DNA of 64,000 nt from Octopus bimaculoides (Eukaryota): assembly GCF_001194135.2 (NCBI RefSeq), contig NC_069003.1, forward strand, positions 36,933,872 through 36,997,871. Reading direction: 5' to 3'. The position numbers and the translations under genes are program-made. Shown piece by piece: positions 50,363 to 62,850 of the stretch (its first letter is position 1; every line of letters starts with the position of its first letter). The notes below the pieces were generated by a model that searched no databases, was not told where the DNA came from, and worked only from the letters and a program-made list of their open reading frames with translations.

Positions 50363-50990
50363 TACACAGGGGTTGGACAAAATAATGGAAACACCTTAAA
50401 ATTTCAAACAAATTTATTTTAATACGAGGTAGGACTGCCTTTGGCAGTAATTATTGTTTGAATTCTACGAGGTAATGGACTTGTACAAAGTTTGAATTGT
50501 TTGCAAAGGAATTTTTGTCTATTCTTCAGCTAAAACAGTTTCCAGTTCTTGTAGAGATGATGGTGGAGGATATCGACTCCTTACTTGTTTTTCTAAAATG
50601 CACCATAAGTGTTCAATAATATTGAGATCTGGGGACTGTGGTGGCCAGATAAGATGTTCAACTTCTCTAGAATGCCATTCAGTAAGAACTTTAGCTGTGT
50701 GAATTGGTACATTATCATCCGGAAAGATTGTGTTTCCCTCCGGAAACAGTTCCGCAACCATAGGATGAATTTGGTCACATAAAATGCTTAAATAGTCTTG
50801 ACTATTAATTCTGCCATGAAGGGAAACCATTGGGCCGGTGGATTTCCAAGATATAGCGCCACCCCCACCCAGATCATCATAGATCTTCCTCCGTGTTTAA
50901 CAGCTGGAAGAAGGTAGACTGGGTCAAATGCTTCTTTTGGCTGTCTCCCCATTTGTATTCGGCCGGTGGTCGGAAATAAGGGAAAGGATG
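50363..50990 (-). mobile_element. Tc1-family (DD34E) transposon, 3' half with terminal inverted repeat
   Basis: LLPAVKHGGRSMMIW...MVSLHGRINSQDYLSIL...IFPDDNVPIHTAK...WPPQSPDLNIIEHLWCILEKQVR; end sequence ta-cacaggggttggacaaaataatggaaacacc is Tc1 TIR-like. Confidence 0.92.
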
Positions 50991-51277
50991 ACTTTAAAAA
51001 CAACTTCATGTGCGCACACACACACGCATGTGTGTGTGTGTCTTTCAGTTTCCATCTACCAAATCCATTCACAAGACTTTGGCTGACTTAGTGCTATGGT
51101 AGAAAGACACTTGCCCTGGATGCCATGCAGTGGAATTGAACTTGAAACCAAGTGATTTGAAGGCAAACTTCTTTAATACACATACATATATACACATATT
51201 ATACACTCTAACTGATGTATACATAATTTTTATTTTATAGATTTTGGTGCTTGACAAAACACAACTTACAGTTTAAC

Positions 51278-54200
51278 ATGAGAGAGATTGTACATATCCA
51301 GGCTGGCCAATGTGGCAACCAGATTGGGTCAAAGGTGAGTAACATGTCAGATACTTCCTTGGAATTCAATTCACTGCATGAGATTGATTCCATACAGACA
51401 GTTTGGTCAATGGTTGGTCAGTTTTGTGTGTGTGTGTGTGTGTGTTTGTAGCATTACCTCATTGGAATGTTTACTTTTCCATACTTGCAAGGGTCTGATA
51501 GAATTTGATGAGGCACATTTTTGTATGGCATACTGATTGAGAGAGAGAGAGAGAGAGAGAATTCCTTTAAGGGTGGACATCCCTGTACAATATTATTTCT
51601 CTCCATTTGACAAATCAGTTGCCCAGATGAGCAAACAAGTGAAATACTGTCAAACCTTCATTAGTGAAACTGACAAAGAGCCGTAATATATGTATGCCTA
51701 ATTAGTGGTGGTAGGAGTAGTAGTAGTAGCAGCAGCAGTGTTGGATCTGGTGTAAGTGGGAGGAGGGTTTGAATAGGGTTTATGGAATGTTGAAGAGACA
51801 CCAATAATTAGTTTGTGACATATCATTAAATGTAGTTTGGTAGCTGTCCATGGATAGGCAACAATACTGTCAAGCAAGGTGTGGGGGGGGGGGTCTTTTT
51901 GCAGGTACAAAAAATCAACTGTTACTTTCACACCAACAACAATGACAAGAATAGTGACAAATAAAGGCATTGATTATGGCAGGTATCATCATCACCACCA
52001 CCACCACCATCATCATCATCACCATCACATGTCCATTTTCCCTTGCAAGCATGGCTTGAATGGTTGAACAGGATCTGAAGGACCAGAGCATTGCATTTGG
52101 ATCCAATGTTTGTGCTTTGGCGGGGTTTCCATGGCTGGATGCCCTTCTTAAAACCGCCCCAGACTGTACTGGGGTTTTTTTTATGCGGCACCAACAGGGT
52201 CACTGAGTAACTTGCCAGGCAAGACCACCCCCTCCCTCGACTGAGTGGGTGGGGTGTCTGTTTTATGCTGCCAGGTGACAAAAGGGAGAGGAACAGGTGT
52301 TGCACTGTAGAAGAGACCCAGGAGACCCCTGGCTGCTTCAGTTGGGAAAGAGAGGAAAGAAGAAAGATGGTGATGATGACTGTGATCCCTCAAGGTGGAA
52401 AAGGGGGATAGAAGAGAGGCGGGGAAGAGAGTCAGAAAATGAGGGAGTAGTATAATTATTTTACAGAAATAACACCAGCAGATGTGATACAACCACCACC
52501 AACTCCTGCTGCTGGTGCCACTATCAGCTGTATGAGTCACATCTCATGTCTAGTGTTGTCTCCAAGGCCTTCATTTAGCTCTGACCCTTCTGACCTTTGT
52601 CATTTTCTTGTAATTGTGAAGGTGTATGGAGCAATAGTGTGGGGATTTGGCTGCTATTTTTAGCAGATCACGTGACCGTGTTGTTGATAGTGGTGGTTGT
52701 AATGATATTGAAAGGAGGATGTTGGTGGAGGTGTTGGGGTAAAGGTTATAGTAGTGGAGGTGGTATTGTGGTTCAATCCCAGTTAGGATCAGATTGTGCA
52801 GTCCCAATGATCAAGGGAGCTTTCACCCCTTTTTCAGACAATATCTAGGGAAAGAGTGCATTATTTATTTTTATCTTCTTCATTTTTTTTGTTTTTGTTT
52901 TTAAAAATACAATGAAATATGATTTGAGGAAGGATTGACTATTATTTCAGCAGATCAAGAGACAACATAGAGCCTCTTTCACTGTGTTGACAATGATGAT
53001 GCTGTTTAGCCCCAGGTCAGTCTATATTGAACAGACTTTATTATGTGAAGTATTCTCCATTTGTGACCAACCCATCATTTTAGGAGCAGGTATGGCTGGG
53101 TGGTTAAGAAGCTTGTTTCCCATCCATACAGTTTCAGGTTCAGTCCTACTGCTCGGCACCTTCAGCAATTGTCTTTTAGCGGTACAGTGGTGGTGGTGGT
53201 AGCAGTGGTATAGTAGTTGTAACTGTATAGTGGTAGTAGGAGTGATAGTAGCGTAAGGTGGGGGCTGGGATGTCAGTGGTACAGTATTGGTAGTGGTGTT
53301 CAGGTGGTACAATGCTGGCCATGGTACAGTGATGGTAAGTTAATAGCAGTAGTAGTAGTATTGGCAGTGCAGGTTGTGGTCTATAGTGGTGTTACAGTGT
53401 TTGTAATGTCGTTGACCATTTTTGTCTTTTGTCTTTTTTTCAGTTCTGGGAAGTGATATCGGTGGAACATGGAATCGATGCCTCTGGAGTCTACCAAGGA
53501 AAATCTTCCAAACAACTGGAACGGTCTTATGTCTATTTCAATGAAGCATCCAGTAAGTTCTGCATTACCTTCTTTCTCTTTCTCTCTCTCTCTCTCTTTC
53601 TCTTCCCCCTCCTGCCCTGGTGGAAGGAGTTCTTTCTGTTATTGTACTTGCTGTTGCTGCTGCTTCTGTTGTTTTGTTGTTGCTCTTACAAAACCAGTGG
53701 GGGATTTGTGGAGAACAGAAATGACATCAGTGTCACTTTATAGCTCACTATATTCAAAGAATATGTGATTAAACACACACACACATACACACGCATGCAC
53801 ACACACACACACATGCACATTCAGACATTTCCTTATTGCTATGTTTACTATTTCAGGTGGCAAATATGTCCCACGAGCCATCCTCTTGGATTTGGAACCA
53901 GGAACAATGGATTCTGTCCGGTCCGGTCCATACGGTAACCTATTTCGACCTGACAACTATGTATTTGGTCAAACGGGAGCTGGCAATAACTGGGCCAAAG
54001 GACATTACACAGAAGGCGCTGAACTTGTTGACACTGTTTTAGATGTAATCCGAAAAGAATGTGAAGGTTGTGAATGTGTCCAAGGATTCCAGATGACCCA
54101 TTCGCTGGGTGGAGGTACTGGAGCTGGCATGGGTACCTTACTCATTAGTAAAATCCGCGAAGAATACCCGGATCGAATCATGACTACATTTTCTGTGATG

Positions 54201-55524
54201 CCTTCTCCCAAAGTAAGTTCACATAATCAACCTCTTGCTGTTGCAGCAAATTAACCATTTCTCTTCTTTCAATTATCATACAATCTCATTCTTATCTCTC
54301 TGTTTCTTTCTCTTGCACTCTCTCATCATCTGTCCATCTCTCTTGATCTTTCTCTTTCTCTTTCTCCCTTTCTCTCTGTCTCTCTGTGTCACTCTCCATC
54401 TTATTCTCTCACCCATCCACTCTTACATGCACACACATATCATCATCATCATCATCATCATCATCATTTAACGTTCGCTTTCCATGCTGACACCATTTAA
54501 AGAATAACATCTTTCAAACAAAATACAATTTCAAAACAAATTCTATATCATTTCACGCTTCTCTATTAATTTCCAATCATCTTGCTGTTTTCAAAATAAC
54601 CATGAAATTTCTCCTGTCATTGTAAGCATAATGATAATAATATTGTAATATTTATTTCATTACATTCTGCTATCCCTTAATAAACGAAATATTTTCTTTC
54701 CCCAGGTATCCGACACAGTTGTCGAACCTTACAATGCCACCCTGTCTGTCCACCAATTGGTCGAGAACACAGATGAAACCTTTTGTATTGATAACGAGGC
54801 TCTCTATGACATATGCTTCCGGACCCTCAAACTGCCCAATCCTACCTATGGTGATTTGAACCATCTTGTATCAGCAACAATGTCCGGTGTCACCACCTGC
54901 CTTCGCTTCCCAGGACAACTGAATGCTGACCTACGAAAACTTGCAGTCAACATGGTGCCATTTCCTCGGCTCCACTTTTTCATGCCCGGTTTCGCTCCAC
55001 TCACATCCCGCGGCAGCCAACTCTATCGCTCGCACAGCGTTTCTGACTTGACACAGCAACTGTTCGATGCCAAAAACATGATGGCTGCCTGCGACCCTCG
55101 TCACGGTCGTTATTTAACTGTTGCCGCCGTCTTCAGAGGACAGATGTCTATGAAAGAGGTTGACGAGCAGATGTTTAGCATTCAAAATAAGAACAGCCCC
55201 TTCTTTGTTGAGTGGATCCCTAACAATGTGAAAACTGCTGTCTGTGACATTCCACCCACAGGTCTGGAGATGTCCGCTACCTTCATTGGTAACAGCACCG
55301 CAATCCAGGAAATCTTTAAGCGAATATCAGAACAATTCACAGCAATGTTCCGACGTAAAGCATTCCTACATTGGTACACAGGAGAAGGAATGGATGAAAT
55401 GGAATTTACCGAAGCTGAGTCAAACATGAACGATTTGGTGTCTGAGTACCAACAGTACCAAGAGGCTCGGGCCACCGATTCCGATGAATATGATGATGAA
55501 GATCAATATAATGAACAAGAATAA
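51278..55524 (+). CDS. TUBB: Beta-tubulin, divergent isotype, 446 aa
   Basis: join(51278..51334,53444..53552,53857..54212,54706..55524). [25 protein letters not shown]...[18 protein letters not shown]...[14 protein letters not shown]...[12 protein letters not shown]...[18 protein letters not shown]...[17 protein letters not shown]...[54 protein letters not shown]. Confidence 0.97.
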
Positions 55525-55582
55525 ACAGACAACATTGCAGTTACTGTTGCCACACCAATTCAATAACGATAATGATCGTAAT

Positions 55583-55615
<33 letters not shown>

Positions 55616-56429
55616 GATGATAATGGTGATGATGATCATTTCTTTGGCTTAGGTGCATGAGTACTTCTGTAAATGAATGGAAAACTGTTTATTATGTTGA
55701 TCTCAGTATATTACTGGGTTGTATACACATACACACACATATACATACATCTGTACACACACACACACACACATATATGTATATATATACATGCACACAT
55801 ATATACACACGTGTGTTTGTATGTACATATAAATATATATACGTGTGTACGTATGGTATGCATATGAACAATAAATATTCTTCAGTGAGCTTTTGCAGCT
55901 GATTGATGTTGGCCCAACTCGTTCCAAATGCTTCCAATCTATCCTGCTTAATTAATTACAACAAAACCAAAGCAGAACACAGCATTACCAACATTCTACT
56001 GAACTTTGCATTGCTTGGATGTGACAAAATCGTCTTTCTGGGTTCCTCAGAGATGCTGGAATAAAAATTGGACTTCCATTTTTCATTTCTCCTGTTAATA
56101 TTTTGCTATGTTTGCAATAAAGAAAACAATTGTTACAAAACTAAAATTTCAGTTTTACACAGCTTGGACACTTGACCACGACATTGTGAGAAAGAAGAAA
56201 AAGTATCCATTGTTTGGACAAAATGTTAAATATAATGTTATGGCTTCAATAAACAATTTTAAATGCAACGAAATAAATGGAAAAAAATGAAATAAAGCCA
56301 AAAATAAGTCTTCCTTTAAGCATTAATTATTCAAGTATTTCTTATGTTGTTTCTGAAGTTCTTAGATATTTTTCTCTTAGAACAAGTCATCCACCGTATC
56401 TGATTCTTATGAGGTTCAAAATTTCAAGG

Positions 56430-56760
56430 CTGCAACAATCACCATCAGTATGATGAAAAGGTAAATTGTAGTGATGCTAGAGTAAATGCATGTCAATGTG
56501 TGTTGTTTGCAAGAGGTAAGGTGGAGAGGAAATTCAGTCAGACTGCAAGTGAGCAAAGAACACAGGTAAGATTGTTTTGAGTGGGTAGCAGTTGTGATGT
56601 GGGAATATGCATAGTATTGAGGAAGAAATGGAAAGATGAAGTAATTCAGGTAATTATAGAATGTGATAGCATAATTAAGCTTAGACTAATCCTGGATGAT
56701 ATGACAGCAGCACTGATGTCTGCAGGAACGCCACATTTGAACTGTTTGATGAAGAGAATA
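56430..56760 (+). mobile_element. Decayed APE endonuclease region of an RTE-like LINE
   Basis: Frameshifted text MHVNVCCLQEVRWRGNSVRL...EHR...KWKDEVIQVIIECDSIIKLRLILDDMTA, matching the LINE endonuclease motif DVCCLQEVRW. Confidence 0.7.
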
Positions 56761-57139
56761 ACCTATACCATGAGGCGAATAAGATTAACCCTATTATTGT
56801 GTCTCTGTGATCCAAGACCCAAGGATAACATCCACATCAAAAGAAATACGAACGTAACTGTATAGAATACATTCAATGTGCCAGCGGCAATGGTTTCAAC
56901 GAATCAAGATGAAACTTGTACCGAGGAGAGAGGCAAAGCATTGAACTTAAGATATTGGGGGACACTGTGTTCTGCTGCTTAACCACTTGACCACTTTGTT
57001 TCATGAAAGAATATATCAACTCCAGGTTGTATTCCAACTCCATCAGGTCAGACATAGATTCTCACTCACTTCCATATAAATATAGAAGAAGAAAACTAGG
57101 AGACAAACAGACAGACGCGAAGAAACTTACTGTTATTTA

Positions 57140-57480
57140 GAAAGGAATAAACATTCCTACTTTAACTGGTTCTCCGTCAGTTACGACTGCGACGAGGCTT
57201 CCAGTTGACCTGATCAATAGAACAACCTGCTCGATAACGTGCCAGTGGCTGAGCACTCCACAGACATGTGTACCCTTGACGTCGTTCTCAGGGAGATTCG
57301 GTGTGACAGGGCCGGCCTTTGTGAATTACAGGTACAGCTTATTTTTTACCAGCTGGGTGAGCTGGAGCAATGTGAAATAAAGTGTCTTGCTCAAGGGCAC
57401 AACGCATCGCCGGAAATCAGACTCACGACCTTCCGATCGACAGCCGAACTCCGTAACCACTGAGCCACGCCCCTTCACCT
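57140..57480 (-). mobile_element. CORE-like tRNA-derived SINE
   Basis: aagtgtcttgctcaagggcacaac CORE-like block; reverse-complement head gtggctcagtggttacggagttcggctgtcgatcggaaggtcgtgagtctgattt; body ggctgagcactccacagacatgtgtacccttgacgtcgttctcagggagattc. Confidence 0.8.
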
Positions 57481-57689
57481 CCTACATTGAACCACCCTAG
57501 GCTCGGAGTTGGATAAGGAACTCTCGTTTTATGAATTTATCCTTTTCAATTTAATCTTATTTTTCATTGAAAGAGAAACGAGCGTCAAGGGAGGGAACTA
57601 ATTTTAGTCAATGGTATTTATAAAGAGTACTCTCCCTTGAATAAAATATCTGAAGTGGTCGAATTCAATACGACCAAGAGCAAAGGGTG

Positions 57690-58209
57690 ACGTACAGAAC
57701 CCCAAAACATGGTTTCATGCGGCAGGAGACAAGAAAACTTGGCCAACTAAAAACATCCCACGTAGATCCCGCAGACAAGGCCTGCTGAGTGAGCAGATAA
57801 TTGGTAGTGCTCTGCAGATCTCCCAGAGTGGAACGACTACCCAGAGGTCATCAAGAAGACCGACTCGAGACCCGACATAGTGCTCCACTCCCAGAATGCC
57901 AAGGAGATCTTCCTGATCGAACTCACTGTGCCTTACGAAACCAGGAGTGAAGACGCCCATGTCTACAAGACAGAAAAGTATGCCGACTTGGCCAGAGACC
58001 TGAGGTACACTGGATTCAAAACCAAAGTCTCCGCAATCGAGGTCGGCATCAGGGGATTTGTAGGCTCATCTGCCTACAGCCTCATGAAACAGCTGTCCAT
58101 CTCTGGAAGAAGCAGGACTAGAAACTTAAGGGCCATGGGAGAAGCAGCGGAGAAGGCCTCAAGTTGGATCTGGTCTAGGAGGAACAAAGGCCAACTTCAT
58201 GACGCCTAA
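57690..58209 (+). mobile_element. 5'-truncated RLE-type non-LTR retrotransposon (HERO-like), endonuclease C-terminus
   Basis: Frame open 57808-58209: CSADLPEWNDYPEVIKKTDSRPDIVLHSQNAKEIFLIELTVPYETRSEDAHVYKTEKYADLARDL...AIEVGIRGFVGSS...EAAEKASSWIWSRR (RPD, ELTVP, K-x-x-KY restriction-like endonuclease motifs). Confidence 0.85.
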
Positions 58210-58239
58210 TTTTCCCCCAATTCAAACGAGTGCCAGATT

Positions 58240-58600
58240 GGTGGAGTCATGGAGGTCTGCGCCTCTGGAGCTGTCGACCCGGATTCGAATCCCGTAAGAA
58301 AAAAGAACACTCATTCCTCGGTTGTCCTAGCGCTCGCCAGTGTACCCAGCTGGAAATGGGTACTTAGCCCTTCTCGGGGCTGCGGCACACAGTGCTAGAA
58401 ACCAGAGAAACCAATCCCACCGAAGGCGTACTGAAACGGACATCCGGGAGTCATGACTCGGGTGTGGTCCGACCCCACTAGAGTGTCAGGAGTTAAGGTC
58501 CGACCCCCTTGCCTAAAGGGGTTTCTCCTCTGAGGACCACCTGCTGTTACGCTCTCCCCGAGTTTCTTTCCACTCTTAATGTTAAAGGCAAATAACACAG
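58240..58600 (+). mobile_element. tRNA-like Pol III module and structured tail directly after the HERO-like stop
   Basis: A-box-like TGGAGTCATGG (58242-58252), B-box GGATTCGAATCC (58281-58292), hairpin gtaccca-gctggaaa-tgggtac (58342-58363), palindrome gagtcatgactc within a longer stem. Confidence 0.55.
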
Positions 58601-61475
58601 CGTGGCCTGACGTATGAGCTTGAATAACAAGGACAAAGTCTAACGAACAAGTAACAGACATGATTTATATCAATTATACTAGCTTGCCTTTAATTAGGAG
58701 CGCGCGCGCAGAGAGAGAGAGAGAGAGATTCTCTGTCTTCAAACTCTAATCAGCGGACTTTCAGAACAGGAAAGAGGGCAAAGGAATGGATTATTATTTT
58801 CTTTTGTGGAATATTTTTTTTGTCCAAGAAGTTAATTTTTTTTTACATTTTCTCTTCCAATCCTGTACCCGTTTTCAGTAAATTTACGCTATTAGACCCG
58901 TCTCACAACACGGGTATAAGAGTAACAATTTACTTTCTATTATTATTATTATTTTTTTTTCCCGTTAGTCAGGTCTGAAGGGCAGAGTCCTTCTATAGAA
59001 ACTCTGAAACAGATCGGAAGGAGAAAAGAATGTATTTCTACACCAGAGTTCCGACTCGAAGGCATGTAACAGAGTGAATTCCGATCAAGGTAAGCAAGGA
59101 CCCGGCAGTGGTGTTTAGAGCAGACGACCGATTAAAGTCTAAGACCCGAGAGCTTGCATATCCATAAGTGCAAGCTAAGCAGCCGTTATGCACTAAATGT
59201 ACGAGCTCATATATATATATATATACACACATATATATATATANNNNNNNNNNNNNNNNNNNNNNNNNNNNNNNNNNNNNNNNNNNNNNNNNNNNNNNNN
59301 NNNNNNNNNNNNNNNNNNNNNNNNNNNNNNNNNNNNNNNNNNNNNNNNNNNNNNNNNNNNNNNNNNNNNNNNNNNNNNNNNNNNNNNNNNNNNNNNNNNN
59401 NNNNNNNNNNNNNNNNNNNNNNNNNNNNNNNNNNNNNNNNNNNNNNNNNNNNNNNNNNNNNNNNNNNNNNNNNNNNNNNNNNNNNNNNNNNNNNNNNNNN
59501 NNNNNNNNNNNNNNNNNNNNNNNNNNNNNNNNNNNNNNNNNNNNNNNNNNNNNNNNNNNNNNNNNNNNNNNNNNNNNNNNNNNNNNNNNNNNNNNNNNNN
59601 NNNNNNNNNNNNNNNNNNNNNNNNNNNNNNNNNNNNNNNNNNNNNNNNNNNNNNNNNNNNNNAGTCCGGGTGTTTGTTCTCGTTTGCATCTTCACATTAT
59701 CCGTGAAAGAAAAGAAAACTAAAAGTTATAAATAAGGTAAAGCATTTTATGAATGTTTTTGTTTTCGTTTGTCCAGAAAAGCAAAGAAGGCGTTTTGGGA
59801 AATAAAGAGAGAAATGGTAATTATTCGTTTATTTGTCAGAACGGCCACGATTGACAGGGACTCAGGGTTTTATACAGATTCATTAAGAAAATTACATTAA
59901 TTATGAAAACGACGATAATTCCTAATATATGTAAAGCCACACATTTGGTGGTGGTGGGGGGGGGTAAGGTTAATGAGTTCGAGTACTCGTCTCTCCCCGG
60001 CTTTTTATGAATCTGGAATTATGAAAGTAGCAAAGAAACCCAAGTAAATACTACAGCATATATGTATATATATGTATAGTGTGTGTGTGTGTTTATTTTG
60101 TTCTCGTCTGGTTCTCTACCGAATCTGCTATTTTCCTGTGTTAAACGAGTTCTTAGCCCGTCGCGGCCAACTGTAATCTTTCTAACTTCCAAGGGGATTA
60201 TTAATAAATAAATAAAAATATCTGCCTAATATTTTGCGTCATTATAATCCTTTATACCGTCCTCATCTTAGCATTTCTGATTTCAATTCTCTGTATTAGA
60301 AACCGATAAATGGTGATGTTTAAACGTTTGAAGAATTTGTGACGGAGCTCGAAGGTTTAACCCTGTTCAGGCTTTTCTTTTTAATCACCCAAATTGGTGT
60401 TAATAAGGTTTTGCTTTTGGGTTTCTCTGGTGCAAAACTGAACTAGCTCCCGATATTTTTGTAACTAAAATATTATTACATACACCTGTGTGTGTGTGTG
60501 TGTGTTCACGTCTGTGTATAAGAAATGTATTTATATATACACACACTTTATATATATTGAAAATATTTGTTAGATATCTATTTATATTTGTGTAGTGCGT
60601 AACTAAAATCTTTTCCAGACAGAATATTATTTTTAAAAAATGATAAGTTTTGGAGTCGGAATCCAACCGTAGTTGCGGCTGCATTTGGTTGTATCTCTTC
60701 TTATATCAAACTCGACCGAAATCGCCTCTGCTTTTGTAATAATTATATGTGCATTCTAACACCCTGCTTGCCTATCGGTTCTAAATTGCAAATAGTCACC
60801 TTGATAATTTATATAAAATCGTTTTTAAGGTGTTCCTTTTGAAATTGTAGCCTTTAATCTTGATTCTAGGTCAGAAATGTTTACGAAGTTACGCTCGGAA
60901 CACCTAGTATATATATCGTTATAATTTTGCCATGCAAGTATATAACCGTCATGTAATTTTATTAAACTCTTCAAAGTTATTAAGTAAACGATGCTAATGA
61001 GTTTAATAACATTTATTTGTGTTCGCTTGTTAGTCATTAATTTTCATTCGGCACAAATTTATTGAAACAGCTGACCGAGTTTCGATTGCTAGTAATTATA
61101 TTTCACTTGTGTTATTGTTAATAACCTTTAAACAAATTCTCCTCACCTGCTACATTAATGCATCGCATTTATAAACACAATTTGTTGCTAATGAGGGAAC
61201 CTCGACATGATTGCCTGATATTCAAGAAAGAGAAGCCAAATGTTCCTCAAATAGCATCCTGCCGCCTTAACAAACAACGATGGTCATACAGGATAATGTC
61301 CCATATACAGTATGCATGAGGAGAGAATGTCACGAGTGGATGGATACCAGGAGATGAGAGAAATGCAGAGCAGGTGCTTGTTGTAGAAGAGCTTACATGG
61401 GTATTTGCATTTAGAAGACTGGGTCCATCAGCTAAAACAAAACAAAAAAATACTTAGAAAACGACTATTTGTAAA

Positions 61476-61610
61476 TTCCCTTGTTCGAAAATATAAGGAC
61501 ACAGGTCGTATCGTATAGCCAGCTGGAGACGATGTCTCCTGGGGCTAAATTACAGCAACATTCGTCCTAAACCAGGACTGCCATGTTATGTTGGCAAATA
61601 ATGTTTACTC
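61476..61610. mobile_element. Partial second copy of the 9531-9746 MITE (one TIR)
   Basis: 61481-61610 differs from 9617-9746 at about 10 of 130 positions by manual comparison. Confidence 0.85.
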
Positions 61611-62260
61611 CGTCGGGGTTCATTGTTGTACCCCAATGTGACCCATGCCAAGCATAATGAGGCTACTATTGCTGATTCTTTATTATCCACAAGGGGACTA
61701 AACAAAGAGGGGACAGTACAGGCTACAATTGCATGACTTACATGCTGTTACCAATACATTTATGTTTGTCAGCAGTTAATATTTGTAGACTTATCTCACC
61801 CTCACATTTACTGAAACTTCAACACCTGTACCCCCTTTCGCATTAACCCCTCCCCCAGGGCTCATAGCTTAACCGCAGTCTACAGTTATCTGGTTTACTG
61901 TCAGTGTACAAATATATTCACCTAAATTAAGTTAGCTCCACCAATACGTCTTAATTCTGTCTTCAACTGTGGAAGTACACAAGCCTCTTCGTCAGTGTCT
62001 TATCAACCATTCTTAATTTTCGTAAAAAAAAAAAAATTTAAAAAAGGATGGGGTTGGGGTTATACACCTTATTATCAGAACTAACCCTGCAACTAAATAA
62101 CAACGCTTAACCTTTGTCCTTTTTGTGTGGCTGTGCCTCATGTGTGTTGAAACTGTGAAGGAAAATATTTCAGTTTTCATCTCTCATCACAAGACTTTCT
62201 CTTCTGATATTGAAACTTTCTTTTGCATCTTCCATTGCAGCAGTTTAATCACATTCCAGG

Positions 62261-62376
62261 ATGGGTCGGAGGAAGAAGGCACGTAAACCACCACCCAAAA
62301 GGAAGGCAATAGAACCACTGGACCTTATTTTCAACTGTCCATTTTGTAACCACGAAAAATCCTGTGAAGTGAAAAT
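62261..62376 (+). CDS. ELOF1: Transcription elongation factor 1 homolog, first coding exon (remaining exons not found in the window)
   Basis: [38 protein letters not shown](M)|gtaagt; [10 protein letters not shown] zinc-ribbon hallmark; acceptor at about 62240; candidate UTR exon ending at 59735. Confidence 0.92.
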
Positions 62377-62850
62377 GTAAGTTGTTTTATTTTCTATAGA
62401 CTTTTCTTTTCTTCTTCTTTTCACATTGTTTTTCTTTGAAACCTGGCAGTTTGTTTTGTCTGTTAACATTGGTCAGGTGCATAAATGAAATGCCAATGAG
62501 ATGGTCATGTGACATTGTTTATGATTGAGGTTTTGATGGAAACCCAAAGCTGCTGTCAAGATATTTGTAGGTCAGCCATCGAGGGTCAGATATGGACTGG
62601 CAACCAGCCTGGCAGCTGTTTGTGTCAAACTGTTGTTTTTGAACTCTGGCTGAAATTTAATCCACTTGGCACAGCTGTGTTGCTAAAAAGTCTGCTTTCC
62701 AACTTGTCGTTTCAGGTTCAGTCCCAGCAAGAATCCAAACAATAATGTATCCATTCTCATGAATTATGTCACATAGACATCGGCAAATAATTTATTTACT
62801 GATTTGTATAAAGAATAGACTGAACTCTTGTTTCATTTATCAGTTCAGTG

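Noticed and set aside
54706-54711. GTATCC at the start of tubulin exon 4 as a U12 donor
   Set aside because: It encodes the conserved Val-Ser of [10 protein letters not shown] and lacks the following TT.
58975-59015. CTGAAGG-gc-agagt...actct-GAAA as a third hammerhead
   Set aside because: Core deviates and no stem I, stem III or NUH triplet is present.
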